Shown here: positions 1 to 13,322 of the stretch, piece after piece
How positions within the stretch are numbered: position 1 is the stretch's first letter
Layout of the letters: every line of letters starts with the position of its first letter
Origin: Octopus bimaculoides
Lineage: Eukaryota
Direction: 5' to 3'
DNA: 37,561 bases
NCBI RefSeq assembly: GCF_001194135.2
Contig: NC_068986.1
Coordinates: forward strand, 87,785,550-87,823,110
Position numbers and translations under genes: made by a program
Notes under the pieces: model-generated
The model's database searches: none
The model's input: only the letters and a program-made list of their open reading frames with translations
What the model was told of the DNA's origin: nothing

Positions 1-51
<51 letters not shown>

Positions 52-56
52 GCGTG
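1..56. repeat. (TG)n microsatellite
   Basis: Directly visible dinucleotide run. Confidence 0.95.
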
Positions 57-65
57 TACCTTTCT

Positions 66-250
66 ATGTGTTTCCAGCATCACTACTTAGCAATCGGTGG
101 AGATCTGTTTACGTCTCCGTTCGGCAAATGAGACAGATAAAATAACTAACAAATTTTTAAAAGATTGCTAAGGTCGATTTGTTAAGCTACATCCGTCAAA
201 GCACACGCACCAGCACCACTACAGTGTAATGAGCAAAACAAGTGAAAGTA
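66..250 (+). mobile_element. Decayed 3' half of SINE family B (follows its internal (TG)n tract)
   Basis: Collinear similarity to 23425-23586 (TCGGCAAA/TCAGCAAAA, GATAAAATAA/AATAGAATAA, ACAGTGTAATG/ACAGTCTAATG); both follow a (TG)n run. Confidence 0.5.
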
Positions 251-950
251 TGTATATATATGTATATAAGTCGAAACATTTTGCTGGTCTTTTATGTTTT
301 TTTTCTTGAAATAATTATGTTATATCATATTCATAGTATATCATGTAATATTATAATATAAATAAATTATTGGATTGTCAATAGTATCTCTCTATTTAAT
401 TTATTTTTGTAATTGCATTATATCAATATTCATATGGTATTCAACTGACGAACCAGTGAACTGGATGTTTAACACATCCCTTTGAAGGATCTGTTTTCCT
501 AAGTTTGTTACCATATCTACATATATATATATAAAGAATAATAATAAATGGAGCAAAACGCATATAAACAAAAGTTCCTTTAATTCCTACATATTTTTCA
601 AAATATATGTTCACTCTACTCCAAAGAAGTAAGAGGTGCTGAAATTGCACATATATTCATCGTCAGGGAACCAACATACAGAAGCAAGACAAATGCGAAA
701 TGATATATATATATATATATACGTATGTATGTATGTATGTATGTATGTATGCATGCCTCAAATGTACAGAAAACAAAAGACAAAGACAGTTGAATGAACC
801 AGAAGCAGTTGTAGCATTTTGACGCTCTGGAGAAATGGATATGTCTTTGACGTTTCGAACCTACTCTTTTCGACAGGAAGAGATGAGAGGAAAAAGTTGT
901 GGGGAGAGAAAAAAAATGTATCAGGACTAACAGATATATACATACATACG

Positions 951-1373
951 NNNNNNNNNNNNNNNNNNNNNNNNNNNNNNNNNNNNNNNNNNNNNNNNNN
1001 NNNNNNNNNNNNNNNNNNNNNNNNNNNNNNNNNNNNNNNNNNNNNNNNNNNNNNNNNNNNNNNNNNNNNNNNNNNNNNNNNNNNNNNNNNNNNNNNNNNN
1101 NNNNNNNNNNNNNNNNNNNNNNNNNNNNNNNNNNNNNNNNNNNNNNNNNNNNNNNNNNNNNNNNNNNNNNNNNNNNNNNNNNNNNNNNNNNNNNNNNNNN
1201 NNNNNNNNNNNNNNNNNNNNNNNNNNNNNNNNNNNNNNNNNNNNNNNNNNNNNNNNNNNNNNNNNNNNNNNNNNNNNNNNNNNNNNNNNNNNNNNNNNNN
1301 NNNNNNNNNNNNNNNNNNNNNNNNNNNNNNNNNNNNNNNNNNNNNNNNNNNNNNNNNNNNNNNNNNNNNNNNN
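951..1373. other. Assembly gap (N run). Further gaps: 4033-4105, 11217-12120, ~12514-12822, 17416-17425, 19679-19688, 25052-25216, 26731-27420, 28177-28536
   Basis: Runs of N, mostly abutting microsatellites. Confidence 0.98.
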
Positions 1374-3896
1374 TGACACTAGTAGTAGTAGTAGTAGCAG
1401 TAGTAGTAAAAGTGGTAATCATAATAATGCTGTTGTTGTGGCTGTTGTTTCTTCTACGGTTTGCTATTGTTTTACCATTTCAATTTATAGGTTCAATTAG
1501 ATGAATAAAACAGAAAGAACTCACATCAAAACCCGACAAGCAGCCAAAACAAAACTAAAAAAAAAAAAAACGGAAAAAAGAAAACAAGAAAAATTAACCA
1601 TATATAAAAAAGATCAAGCAAACATAATATATGTATACATATATAAATAATACAAATAAAAAGATCATAAAAGGAAAAGAAATCAAAGAAAAAAAAATAA
1701 GGACAAAAGTAGCAATAACAACTACAGCAACTACACTAACAAAAAAAAAACCCAGCAATAAACAATAAACAAAGAATATAATTAAAACAATAAACTAATT
1801 TGACTTTAGTAAGTTTTTTGTCTTTTATTTTTATCTCATGTATTGTATTAATTACAGGTGAACACAAATCTGGTTTTGTGAGTGAAAAGGTGCTTTCTGA
1901 ATTTCCTGCGTCACTGCTTATGTCTATGCACGGGGGTGGAATGGTAGGACCGGTGGTGTAGCGAACTCGGTGGCTTCATGGATACAATGATTTGTTTTTT
2001 TCGTGAATATTCTGGGTTCAAATCTCACTGGAGAGTATTAAGATTTTTTATATTTTGTCTGAGATACCCGGTGTATGTTGGGTTTAATCCAACTGTGTAA
2101 ACTCAGTCTCTATAAATTTTTTTTCTTTTTCAATTTTTCCAGTGTAGTTAATGAATAGAAGTAACAGTGGTTACATCAAAATCTGCAAGACAGGTCCAAT
2201 ATTTTATATTTTGAAATGGTGTCAGCCAGGTGCAAGGGAACGTGCCTGTGATCATTGTAGTTCCCTCCTACCCCCCACAGGATAGATTGATGCTGTTAAT
2301 GTTCAGGTAAAATATCCGCCTATGCGGAAAAGCATAGGTGGGAGGGATTTCAACGGGTTGACTGGGTATTTAGTTATATTTAATCATTGTAGCTTCCGAA
2401 GAAACCTAGGAATAACATTGAACTGGTTCTTATTGTAAGGCTCTACTTAGGGAGTTCAGGATTTTGGGGAGTATAAGGTTGTCCCTTAGTCACCTTTACT
2501 ACTAGGTCCTCTTAGATTCGGAGTGAGAGAACTTATCAAGGGCCCTGTTTGTGGGTCAAATAACGGAAGATGATCTAGTAGCTAAGGCGTATAGGACTTG
2601 GTGGTGTCATATTGATTCGCGGATCTGAGTTTTAAACATGCCTTCTTCATAGAAGAGAGTCCCAGAGGAATAAGAGACTAATTGAGTAAATTGTACGTAA
2701 GTCAGTGCAAGGAACGGGAAACTATAGCTGTATATTTTCCAAGAAAATATTATGACTCTTCAGACTTTGGCTTCGAGGTCCATGGTCGGCGTGCGCACGA
2801 GAGAAAGAGACGGATACAGACAGAGACAGAGATGAAATAAAGGAGAGAAGAGATTGTTGTTAGGAAATTGCTGGTTTTGAGTAAAGCTTTTCTGTAACGT
2901 TGTTAATATTGATTGCTGTATTTATATAGCAAAGCCTACTTTAAGTAAGGAAGAAATTCAAAACGAATCAAGTTATTTATTCACATTCCGCTATCATACT
3001 TACAATTATCTATCGTAAATCAAGAATGGAATCTGAGAGTTCAATAAATATTCTTGAATTTATATATATTTATCTGTTTTTTGATGATATGTCAAAATAA
3101 ATTTTGACAACCGTTTGTTTACTACATTTATTGATCTTCTTATCACAAAACACACAAAAGGAGCAGCGTCCTATGCTATATATATATATATATATTTCTA
3201 TATTTCTTAACTTCTACACCTTCATATGATGTCTGTGCAATCATTTCAGTTGAAAATGTGAAGTAGAACTATCTGTCTCGTATATTGTTTCCTGTATTTT
3301 CCAGTAGATTCTATGGAGTTTTCCTTAAGTTATACACTTACTGCGTGGCATTTGTGCATTCGGTCTACTTTATTACTCGGGCCTTTTCTAGCTAAACACG
3401 TGAGAAGGTTTATATGAGACAATATGTAGATCTGCTCTGTATTACGGGAAATATAGTCGACTCAGATCTACGATAAAGCTGCAGAACATATATAGACGCA
3501 AAGAATTCATAAAATAGAATCATTTCCTGTATAAATATGAATAGAGGTGAATTGTGACAACTTCAACAGGGTCATTCTTCTAATTTCCAGAACAAACTTT
3601 CTACAGCACTTTATTTAATACAACTGCAGGTGCCGAGGCTCGTTCGTTGCAGTTCAGTACATAAAAGCTATTCACTGTGCCTGAAATAAAGATGGCACCT
3701 GTATGATTTTGTTAAGTAAAAATAGCAGAAAAGTTGCTCTCACAGAAAGTCTTGCCGTCATACAGAATGCCTGATGCATTGAATATTACATTCATTGTAT
3801 TTTCGTCTAATTTTCTTCTTCCTGTTTCTATTTTTTTTTTTTTACACAAGTCGCACATCTATTCATTCAGTTCTGTACTTCTACTCAACCGTTCAT

Positions 3897-3971
3897 TTGT
3901 GTGTGTGTATGTGCGCGTGTGTGTGTTTGTCTGTATGTGTGCGCGTCTATGAGTGTCCGTGATTGTGCATG

Positions 3972-4010
<39 letters not shown>

Positions 4011-4032
4011 CTCTCTCTCTCTCTCTCTCTCT
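3897..4032. repeat. Compound (TG)n/(TATC)n/(TC)n microsatellite
   Basis: Directly visible. Confidence 0.9.
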
Positions 4033-5173
4033 NNNNNNNNNNNNNNNNNNNNNNNNNNNNNNNNNNNNNNNNNNNNNNNNNNNNNNNNNNNNNNNNNNNN
4101 NNNNNTATATATATATACATATATATTACCACATCCGACTTGGATGTGTTGTTTATAATGTCCTAGACTGCTTGTAGTGAAATTCCGGTGTAATCATCCC
4201 GTGTTGACGACAAAGGTCAAGAAATCGATTCTATCGGTTCACGAAATTTCGCTCACACCAGCAGATGTCACTATTGTATCACGTGATTTCGTGATAAATA
4301 GTGGATCATCGGCTGTAGCTGAACCGAATGCCAGACCGAAAATTAGTCAAACCGATTTAGAATAACACTTGCTTTGGCTTGCTACAACGCATGATACGCA
4401 ATTTACCGTGAAACCACGTGATGTAGTAGCGCCATCTGATGGTGCTAACAAAATTTTGTCAAACCACAGAGTCGTTGCTGTTGTGCATTTTTCGTCTACA
4501 AGAAATGATATCTCGAGATGATCACCGAAGTCTATGGCGTTATAAGCAACACATCAAAGTTAGGTTCGATATTAGAGTTGCTTCTGTCGCCCATAGCGAA
4601 TATATATATATGTATATATTGATCTACTTGTACATTCTAAAGGCTACCACCTTATCCCCTTTCGAACTGAGTATAACGGATATTTTCTTCATTGCCCATT
4701 TCTGTTCTCTACTCTCCGTTATAAGAAACTACATCCCAATCTTCACAGTCAGATGGAGAAATTAGTAGATTATGAATATGTATCTCTGTGTCGCACTCGA
4801 TCGTTTCATTTGGCCAGGTGTCTGCATATACTTAATTACGTCTAATCTAGGGTCACACAACAATAACAGTACATCTACGACCATATGTCGCTAATAGAAA
4901 ATACATTTCTTTTCTTTTGTTCACTTATAAAGGTCTGTCTCTTTTACTGAGATTAAAATATGACAATTTTACTGTTTTTACAATGCTTCCTTCGCCGAAT
5001 TTATGTATATTTTTAATGTATTTTCATTCCATTGGTTTAATTTCCACGAAGCAGATCCACAACTGATTCCCAGAATTCTCAATTTTTTAATATATTATTT
5101 AATGTACTCTAACTGTTTTAAGATGCTAAGTGCAATCTAAAGGTGGTTTAGCTGCTATTTCTAGTAGCAGTCG

Positions 5174-5264
5174 GTGATGGTGGTGATGACAGGAGTGGTG
5201 GTAGTAGCGGTGGTAGTAATTGCAGCAGTAGTGGTTGTAGCAATCGTAGTAATGGCGGTGGTGC

Positions 5265-5313
<49 letters not shown>

Positions 5314-5314
5314 G

Positions 5315-5364
<50 letters not shown>

Positions 5365-5374
5365 CGTAGTAGTA
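5174..5374. repeat. Compound (TAG)n/(TGG)n trinucleotide repeat
   Basis: Directly visible; source of the poly-V/poly-Y/poly-L ORFs. Confidence 0.9.
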
Positions 5375-5695
5375 ACAGCAGCATTTCATGTTCGTATATA
5401 AAAGTTTGTTAACGTTAAAATTCTTTCCGTTTATAATTACCCATGATGTCATATTCTCTGACAGTCTATAATTCGAACAGACACGCATCCTCCATAAGCA
5501 AACTCATCTACATACACGCACTCAAACACATACACACACACATATACATACACACGCGCGCACGTGCACACTTACACACATTTATGATACATTTATGAAA
5601 CTATGTTGAGTTATGTATACATTAAAACTCATATAAAACATAATCTGCCAAGCTGACATACTATATCCGTGTACGTGTGTTCGCATGCATGTGCT

Positions 5696-5698
<3 letters not shown>

Positions 5699-5761
<63 letters not shown>

Positions 5762-5798
5762 GCGTGTGTGTGTGTGTGTGTGTGTATGTGTGTGTGTG
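5699..5798. repeat. (AT)n plus (TG)n microsatellite
   Basis: Directly visible. Confidence 0.95.
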
Positions 5799-6224
5799 GT
5801 CAGATTATGTAAAGTATACAGCGAACATCAAGACGGATAAGCGGATAGCTTAAAAAATCCTTTCCTATCTTTTTAGGGCAGGCGGGGAGGGCATATTACA
5901 TAGCGTATATCAAAATAATACGAGAAGAAAGATAACTGGAATACAAAATTCAAAAAGGAAGTAAAAGCAACAAAAATATATGAGATTAGGAAATCAGAAA
6001 TTATATACAGTTGTACAAAGAACTAGTAAGTTTATGCAGAAACCTTGTGATAATGTCTTATAACTTAACATGGCTTCTCCATATCACAAAATATGTCCAG
6101 AATGTGTTAGGTGACATGGCGATAGAAAACGTTTTGTCTGGTAGTGTTGTTTTCTTTATTTTTTTTTTCTAATTTATTTTCTTTTTATGTGTGTGTTTTG
6201 TTAGTTTAATTATTTGGCACCAGA

Positions 6225-6572
6225 AGTTGTTTTTGTTGTTGTTACCGTAGCAGTTGTTGTTGTTATGGTGGTGGTTGTGGTGGTGGTGGTGGTGGTGGTG
6301 GTGGAGTTTGTGGTGGTTGTGGTAAGAGCAATAGTTGCTTTTGTCGTTGTTCACAACAGTTGAGTATAGTTAGGGTAGATGTGTAACTTTGAGTAAAGAT
6401 ACCTAACACCACCACCACCACCACCATCACCACCACCACCACCACCACCACCACCACAGCCACCACTACCACCATCACTGCTACCATTACCACCACCACA
6501 ACCATCACCGCTGTCGCTACTCCTACAACTATTACACAGCTATTACTACAACTATTGCTACTTCCTAAACTG

Positions 6573-6643
<71 letters not shown>

Positions 6644-6740
6644 GGTGCTGCTGCTACTGCTACTGCTGCTGCTATTACTACTATTCCTGCAGAAGCTGCT
6701 GCCACTGTTGCTACCACTACTACTACCACTACTACTACAA
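6225..6740. repeat. Compound trinucleotide tract (GTT/GGT then CAC/CTA/AAT/CTG)
   Basis: Directly visible. Confidence 0.9.
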
Positions 6741-7489
6741 TGTAATCCCACCAGTTTATAATACTGAGATTTGTCTTTTTGTCATAAAGAATGGGATGAA
6801 AAAAAGAATATTCAATTGCTATTGAGTATTCATACACGTACACACACTCACGCGCACACACACACTCACGCACACACACACACACTAACTGTAACACATG
6901 CATACACATGCATGATGCACATGATACAATACGAAGACACATTTGTGCATATACGGACATTCATACACGCACACATATTCATTTCTTGATGCATTTATAC
7001 AGATATAAACACACGCACATTAACACATTTCTTCACACATACATACAAACACTTACATACAAACGCACAAACACCTACATACAGACCTACATACAAACGC
7101 ACATACAAGCACATATAGAAACACCCAGAGACACACATATAAATACATACGCACCAGCACATACACGTCTAGACTGAAATATTCCAGATTTACGACGACA
7201 GTTATTATTTCAATAATTTCCTATAAGTTCTGTGGAGTTTTGAATAGAACATAGATCATAGTTTACGTCATTGTTGTCTTTTGTTGAAGTGAGAATTATT
7301 GCTGTTAGTGTTATTTAACCTCTGGTCAGTCCTGATTGAGAAGCCCAATGATCAATAACATTCTGAGCCATGGCTCTCACCTTTGTTTCATGCAGTCAGT
7401 ATCCACGACCATGTAGCATTCTCCTTTCGAAATAACAGGGCGTAATTCGAGGCAGATTGCCTAGCAATTTATAGCAGATCACATGAGCC

Positions 7490-7880
7490 TTTCTTCTTAA
7501 CTTGGTAACCTCTGCAGTTTCCTCGGTGATTCCTGACACCCACTCCTTCAGTTCTTTCAGTGACTCCTGGTGTTTTCTCTGTGGCTCTTTTAGTTTTCTC
7601 AGTTACTCCTTCATTTACCTATATCAATCCTGCACCTCCCACCATACGGCTCACACTATTCTGTAATTAGTTCCAGCAGCTGTCACAAGTTTTGTGCAAT
7701 TTCCTCAGCCCTTACTGAGGTACATTCATCCACGGTATCTACTACACATTTTGAGAGCTCGAGCAGCTTCTTAGAATCTCCATTTCATTTAGTGATCCAC
7801 TCTATCTCCCTCAGTGGCATCGGCTCATCTTTGTGCGGACCCTGCTTCTTCTTATCCGTCACTTGCATCTCCCTAAATCT
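7490..7880 (-). pseudogene. Decayed coiled-coil-like coding remnant, possibly ORF1 of a LINE
   Basis: Manual minus-strand translation EMQVTDKKKQGPHKDEPMPLREIEWITK*NGDSKKLLELSKCVVDTVDECTSVRAEEIAQNL*QLLELITE*CE, then after a frameshift KE*LRKLKEPQRKHQESLKELKEWVSGITEETAEVTKLRRK. Charged and helical, with stops; family not recognised. Confidence 0.35.
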
Positions 7881-8240
7881 ACTGACTAGTTAATGAATTT
7901 AATACAGATATGTATAACTCTAATGCATAGCTTTTGTTGTTTTTTACATCAAGTCTTCAACCAACGTGGGTTTACTTCATTAATGAAAAAAATATGCAAA
8001 GCATAATCACCTACATGACAGGTAAGTTATATTATATGGGTATTTTACTTGTGATACAAATAATTTTTATCCATGGATTTGAGTGCTAGAATCCATAAGA
8101 CTGGAAATTTCAGGAAATATTTTCCCCTCTATCAAATAGATGCTTTGGAGCATTTTCAAATATTTTGATATTTTCTTTTTAAGCATAGAAAGTAATGATT
8201 GTTTATGGCAGACCGAAATATACACTGACATATGCAAAAT

Positions 8241-8295
<55 letters not shown>

Positions 8296-9239
8296 ATGAA
8301 AAATATTTCAATACAAATGTATTAATTTCCAGCAAAATAAAGCCCTATATATATATATATATATGAACATGAAAAAACAAAAAAAAAAATTACCTGTTGG
8401 ACTACCGGAAATGAATATAAGATGATCTCATCTAAGTTCAGGTCCACCCATGTTCCTCTTTCAGGACCTCTTAAAACACAATTGAATATTACCCACAGAA
8501 CTGAAGCGATAGGTAACGGTGCAGAAATCATGTGCACACACATTCACACACAAACACATATACACTCTACCCTACCCCCCACTCTCTCACTCTATCTCTC
8601 TTTCTCTCTCATACACACACATGTGTAATTTAGACGACATCGAAAATACTACCATACTGCTGATTATCAATGTTTCAGTTACCAACACCCTGACGCCTGT
8701 GACTTATGTGTCTGTACTTTCCCTCTCTTTGGATTCTGTCGCTACCATCACGGCCGATGTTCTTCTGAACTAGTCAACTCCATGCCCTTTCCCCACCAAC
8801 ATACATTTACCTACTCGCTACTTCCTCCACAGTCGTAATTACTCAACCTCAACAACCAAGCTCAAAACTAAGTGTTTCAACCAGTTTGTTTTCCCTAACA
8901 TTACAATCCCAGATAGTTCCCTTCAGGCCTAGCACTTTTATTCAAACACATGCCTACAAAAATTTAATCTTTTAAAAGATAAAACAATACGTTCATTGAA
9001 AGAGTCAGGATAGGTTTTTGGTCTGAAATGGTGTCTGAAACTGCGTGATGAGAGGTACCTGTGCAAGCAATGCTGAGGGGATTTATTTTCACCTTCTTTA
9101 GGCGCAATTGCAATCTACATCATCTTCTGGTGAGTAGACAATTTAATCTTTTGCAGGTTCAACTTGAAGCGTCCTTTATTCACACACTCCATGTAGCACA
9201 TCGTCCGTGAATATATTAGCACCAACTGGATCATGTGTA

Positions 9240-10040
9240 ATGAACAGATTGTAGTTCCGTGTATTTGAGGAATGAAATACTTTTCTGAACATGGCATGAA
9301 GATTCACAGGAAAATAAAACGACTGCATGAAGATTCTGATGCTTCAGCAGCGATACAATGTAGTAGCAAATACAAAATCGGTAAAATGACGCCAGGAGTC
9401 ACCACAATGCTAAGGATATTTGTGCTGTTGATTCAGTTTACACAGGTCCTTTATTCCAAACGTCAGAAGCTCAAATTGGCCCCTGTCAATGCAAAAGAGG
9501 AGTGAGGGAAAATAGATCTCACGACAGTCGTAAAGCCGAATGAGCAGGTAGGTAGAAGTATCCAAGAACACAAACTAGCCACATTTGGTGATACTGTGTA
9601 TGCAGCCAGTAGGAATGCTTATGGGGTAAAATTGCCAAGATGAAAAAAAATAAAAATAAAAACACTTCCTCAAAAATCCAGATGCCAACGAGAACTGTGT
9701 ACGACATCCGGACGAAGAAAAGTCATCTCCAAAATAGATTGAAACTACAGCAAATTTTGAGAAGCAAGGACTGAAAAAGCTTTGGAAAGAACTGAAAGCA
9801 AGACACAGTCCACGCAGTGAAGAACGAGCGAGAAGGAGGTGAAGTATAATGAAGACCCGAGTTCGCTTCTTCAGAGATTCCTTCCCGTCTGACAAGAAAC
9901 GTTCAGAGTTACAGTGAATAAAGAAATTCTTGAACAACATTTCAGGAAAATTTTTTCCTGCTCTCATCTTCAGGTACATTTGAGATTCAGGGACTGTTGT
10001 GGTCAGCAATGTCATTTGAAATGTTCAACATCAACATTCT
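9240..10040 (+). mobile_element. HERO/NeSL-like REL non-LTR retrotransposon, decayed N-terminal (pre-RT) fragment
   Basis: Manual translation: CI*GMKYFSEHGMKIHRKIKR (degenerate Zn finger); RQKLKLAPVNAKEE*GKIDL...KLATFGDTVYAASRNAYGV; EKQGLKKLWKELKARH...EERARRR...RVRFFRDSF; TVNKEILEQHFRKIFS; GLLWSA. Order and content match my recollection of the HERO pre-RT region. Confidence 0.75.
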
Positions 10041-11155
10041 ATGATATTGGCTGGCAAGTTTGTATACAGTCCAGATCACCTGTACAAGACAAGAGAGTAT
10101 AGAGTGAATTTATTTACTTATGACATCTTTACACGTATTTCACTGACAATTACACAATCATTATGTAAGGAAAATATTTACTTCATATTTCTGTGAAACT
10201 CACTTCATCATATAAGAATTCTTATAAAAAATTTCAGTATATAAACATGTGAGTGTATACGCATAGTGGTTAAATGTATATGCGTGTGAATATTTTTGAA
10301 AACTTCCAAGAATAATAACAAAACGTTTCATGACGAGGAAACAATAGTGAAGGTACATTCAAATATATTAAAATCTTCATTCTACGTACTACTTTAGTTG
10401 CCTGACGACAAATGAAACTAAGATATAGATATGTATATATACATATACATATATATATGTATAGTACATATACATATAGATATATATATGTATAGTCACA
10501 TGTGCATATACATTTAGATACACATGTACATATACATATATATATATTTGTGAATGTGCGCATGTATATGTGTATATTTTTGCATGTATACATACGTTTC
10601 ATGCTTGATTGAAGCATAGTTCTTTTACTTTTTCTTTCCCCTGTAATCTTCTTTAAGGGTTAGTCGAAACTAAAGGGGAACATCTATCATAAACTTAAAA
10701 TATTCGTGTGAGGAACAAGTAGCTTTCAGCACATTACAACCAGCCAGTTGTTGCTTTGGGAGTATGCCTCTTCATTTGGAAAACGACAAGGTTTACGAGC
10801 TCATCGCTTGTAACTACTGAATTGAAAACTATATCTTTATATAGTATTGTAGTAGATGCGTAATGCATGTGGTTGTTGGCGTGGTGGCTGAGTAGTGTGG
10901 CATGATGTGGCGCTGTGAAATTGGAAAAACAAAAAAAAAAATGATAGCGTCGATGTAGAGTGTGATACAAGGAAATAAGGTTGGTGAGAATGGCCGGACG
11001 TCACAGAGTTTTATTGTCTTAGATTTATCCTGACATTACCTTATGTTAAACAGAATCTACAGAGAAAAACATCGAGTGAATAAACATTTGTGATATATGT
11101 AAGTGTATTTGTGGTATGTGTGACGCATATTAGCATATATGTATAAGTACATACA

Positions 11156-11216
<61 letters not shown>

Positions 11217-12463
11217 NNNNNNNNNNNNNNNNNNNNNNNNNNNNNNNNNNNNNNNNNNNNNNNNNNNNNNNNNNNNNNNNNNNNNNNNNNNNNNNNNNNN
11301 NNNNNNNNNNNNNNNNNNNNNNNNNNNNNNNNNNNNNNNNNNNNNNNNNNNNNNNNNNNNNNNNNNNNNNNNNNNNNNNNNNNNNNNNNNNNNNNNNNNN
11401 NNNNNNNNNNNNNNNNNNNNNNNNNNNNNNNNNNNNNNNNNNNNNNNNNNNNNNNNNNNNNNNNNNNNNNNNNNNNNNNNNNNNNNNNNNNNNNNNNNNN
11501 NNNNNNNNNNNNNNNNNNNNNNNNNNNNNNNNNNNNNNNNNNNNNNNNNNNNNNNNNNNNNNNNNNNNNNNNNNNNNNNNNNNNNNNNNNNNNNNNNNNN
11601 NNNNNNNNNNNNNNNNNNNNNNNNNNNNNNNNNNNNNNNNNNNNNNNNNNNNNNNNNNNNNNNNNNNNNNNNNNNNNNNNNNNNNNNNNNNNNNNNNNNN
11701 NNNNNNNNNNNNNNNNNNNNNNNNNNNNNNNNNNNNNNNNNNNNNNNNNNNNNNNNNNNNNNNNNNNNNNNNNNNNNNNNNNNNNNNNNNNNNNNNNNNN
11801 NNNNNNNNNNNNNNNNNNNNNNNNNNNNNNNNNNNNNNNNNNNNNNNNNNNNNNNNNNNNNNNNNNNNNNNNNNNNNNNNNNNNNNNNNNNNNNNNNNNN
11901 NNNNNNNNNNNNNNNNNNNNNNNNNNNNNNNNNNNNNNNNNNNNNNNNNNNNNNNNNNNNNNNNNNNNNNNNNNNNNNNNNNNNNNNNNNNNNNNNNNNN
12001 NNNNNNNNNNNNNNNNNNNNNNNNNNNNNNNNNNNNNNNNNNNNNNNNNNNNNNNNNNNNNNNNNNNNNNNNNNNNNNNNNNNNNNNNNNNNNNNNNNNN
12101 NNNNNNNNNNNNNNNNNNNNATATATATATATATATATATTTGTGTATGTGTACGTGTACATGTGTATGTATATATGTATGTGTTTGATAAGTGTCTGTG
12201 CGTATGTTAGTTCTTGGAAGAGAACAAGCAGCAAAATCCACACACCTGCGCTCACACACAAATTATATATCCCAATAACCCACCCAATATAAACATATCT
12301 CATTCAGTATAGGAACGTAGTATCACGAATTCGGTGTAAACTGTGACTTCTCAAATTTCGTATGTGTGTGTGTGTGTGTGTGTGTTAATGTGCACACACA
12401 CGCACGCACATACACACATACACACATATACACACACATACACTTACGCATACACACACACAC

Positions 12464-12513
<50 letters not shown>

Positions 12514-13082
12514 NNNNNNNNNNNNNNNNNNNNNNNNNNNNNNNNNNNNNNNNNNNNNNNNNNNNNNNNNNNNNNNNNNNNNNNNNNNNNNNNNNNNNNN
12601 NNNNNNNNNNNNNNNNNNNNNNNNNNNNNNNNNNNNNNNNNNNNNNNNNNNNNNNNNNNNNNNNNNNNNNNNNNNNNNNNNNNNNNNNNNNNNNNNNNNN
12701 NNNNNNNNNNNNNNNNNNNNNNNNNNNNNNNNNNNNNNNNNNNNNNNNNNNNNNNNNNNNNNNNNNNNNNNNNNNNNNNNNNNNNNNNNNNNNNNNNNNN
12801 NNNNNNNNNNNNNNNNNNNNNNTATATATATATATATATACTTATATCCATGTACACATTCACTCATATATATGCTTACATGCATACCTACATACACACG
12901 TACATACAATTAAACTAGCTGTACTGCGGACATCAACATCATAAATAGCAATAAAATTAAAACCTAGTTGAATTGTCTGACTATAAAATAGGAAACATTA
13001 GACAATCGACATTGTCTTCATAATTTATTAGAAACTTTCACTAACAGTCACAGCCTTGCGTTGGAGTTAGTGGTGATGGTGA

Positions 13083-13117
<35 letters not shown>

Positions 13118-13322
13118 GTAATGGTGGTGGTGTTGGTGGTGGTGGTGGTGGTGGTGGTGTTTTCCGTAGCAGTAGAATGGTAGTTACAGTGAAGATATTG
13201 TTGGTAATGGCGTGATGGTGGATACGACAGTGCTGTTGTTGCTGTTGGAGATTGTTTAGAAGAATTTGAAAAAGCGGAAGCGAAAACAACAAGAATAATG
13301 ATAATGATAATGATAATTATAA

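Noticed and set aside
445-480. Hammerhead-like CTGACGA followed by a CCAG/CTGG hairpin
   Set aside because: No GAAA after the stem, and no stem I or III.
3625-3703. Tiny Tc1-type MITE (TGCAGGTGCC...GGCACCTGTA)
   Set aside because: Only a 10-bp inverted repeat with one mismatch and no TA duplication on the left; could be chance.
7953-8027. Plus-strand exon ending in a perfect CAG|GTAAGT donor
   Set aside because: The acceptor is weak, the peptide is unrecognised, and it conflicts in strand with the neighbouring candidate; a lone consensus donor is expected by chance.
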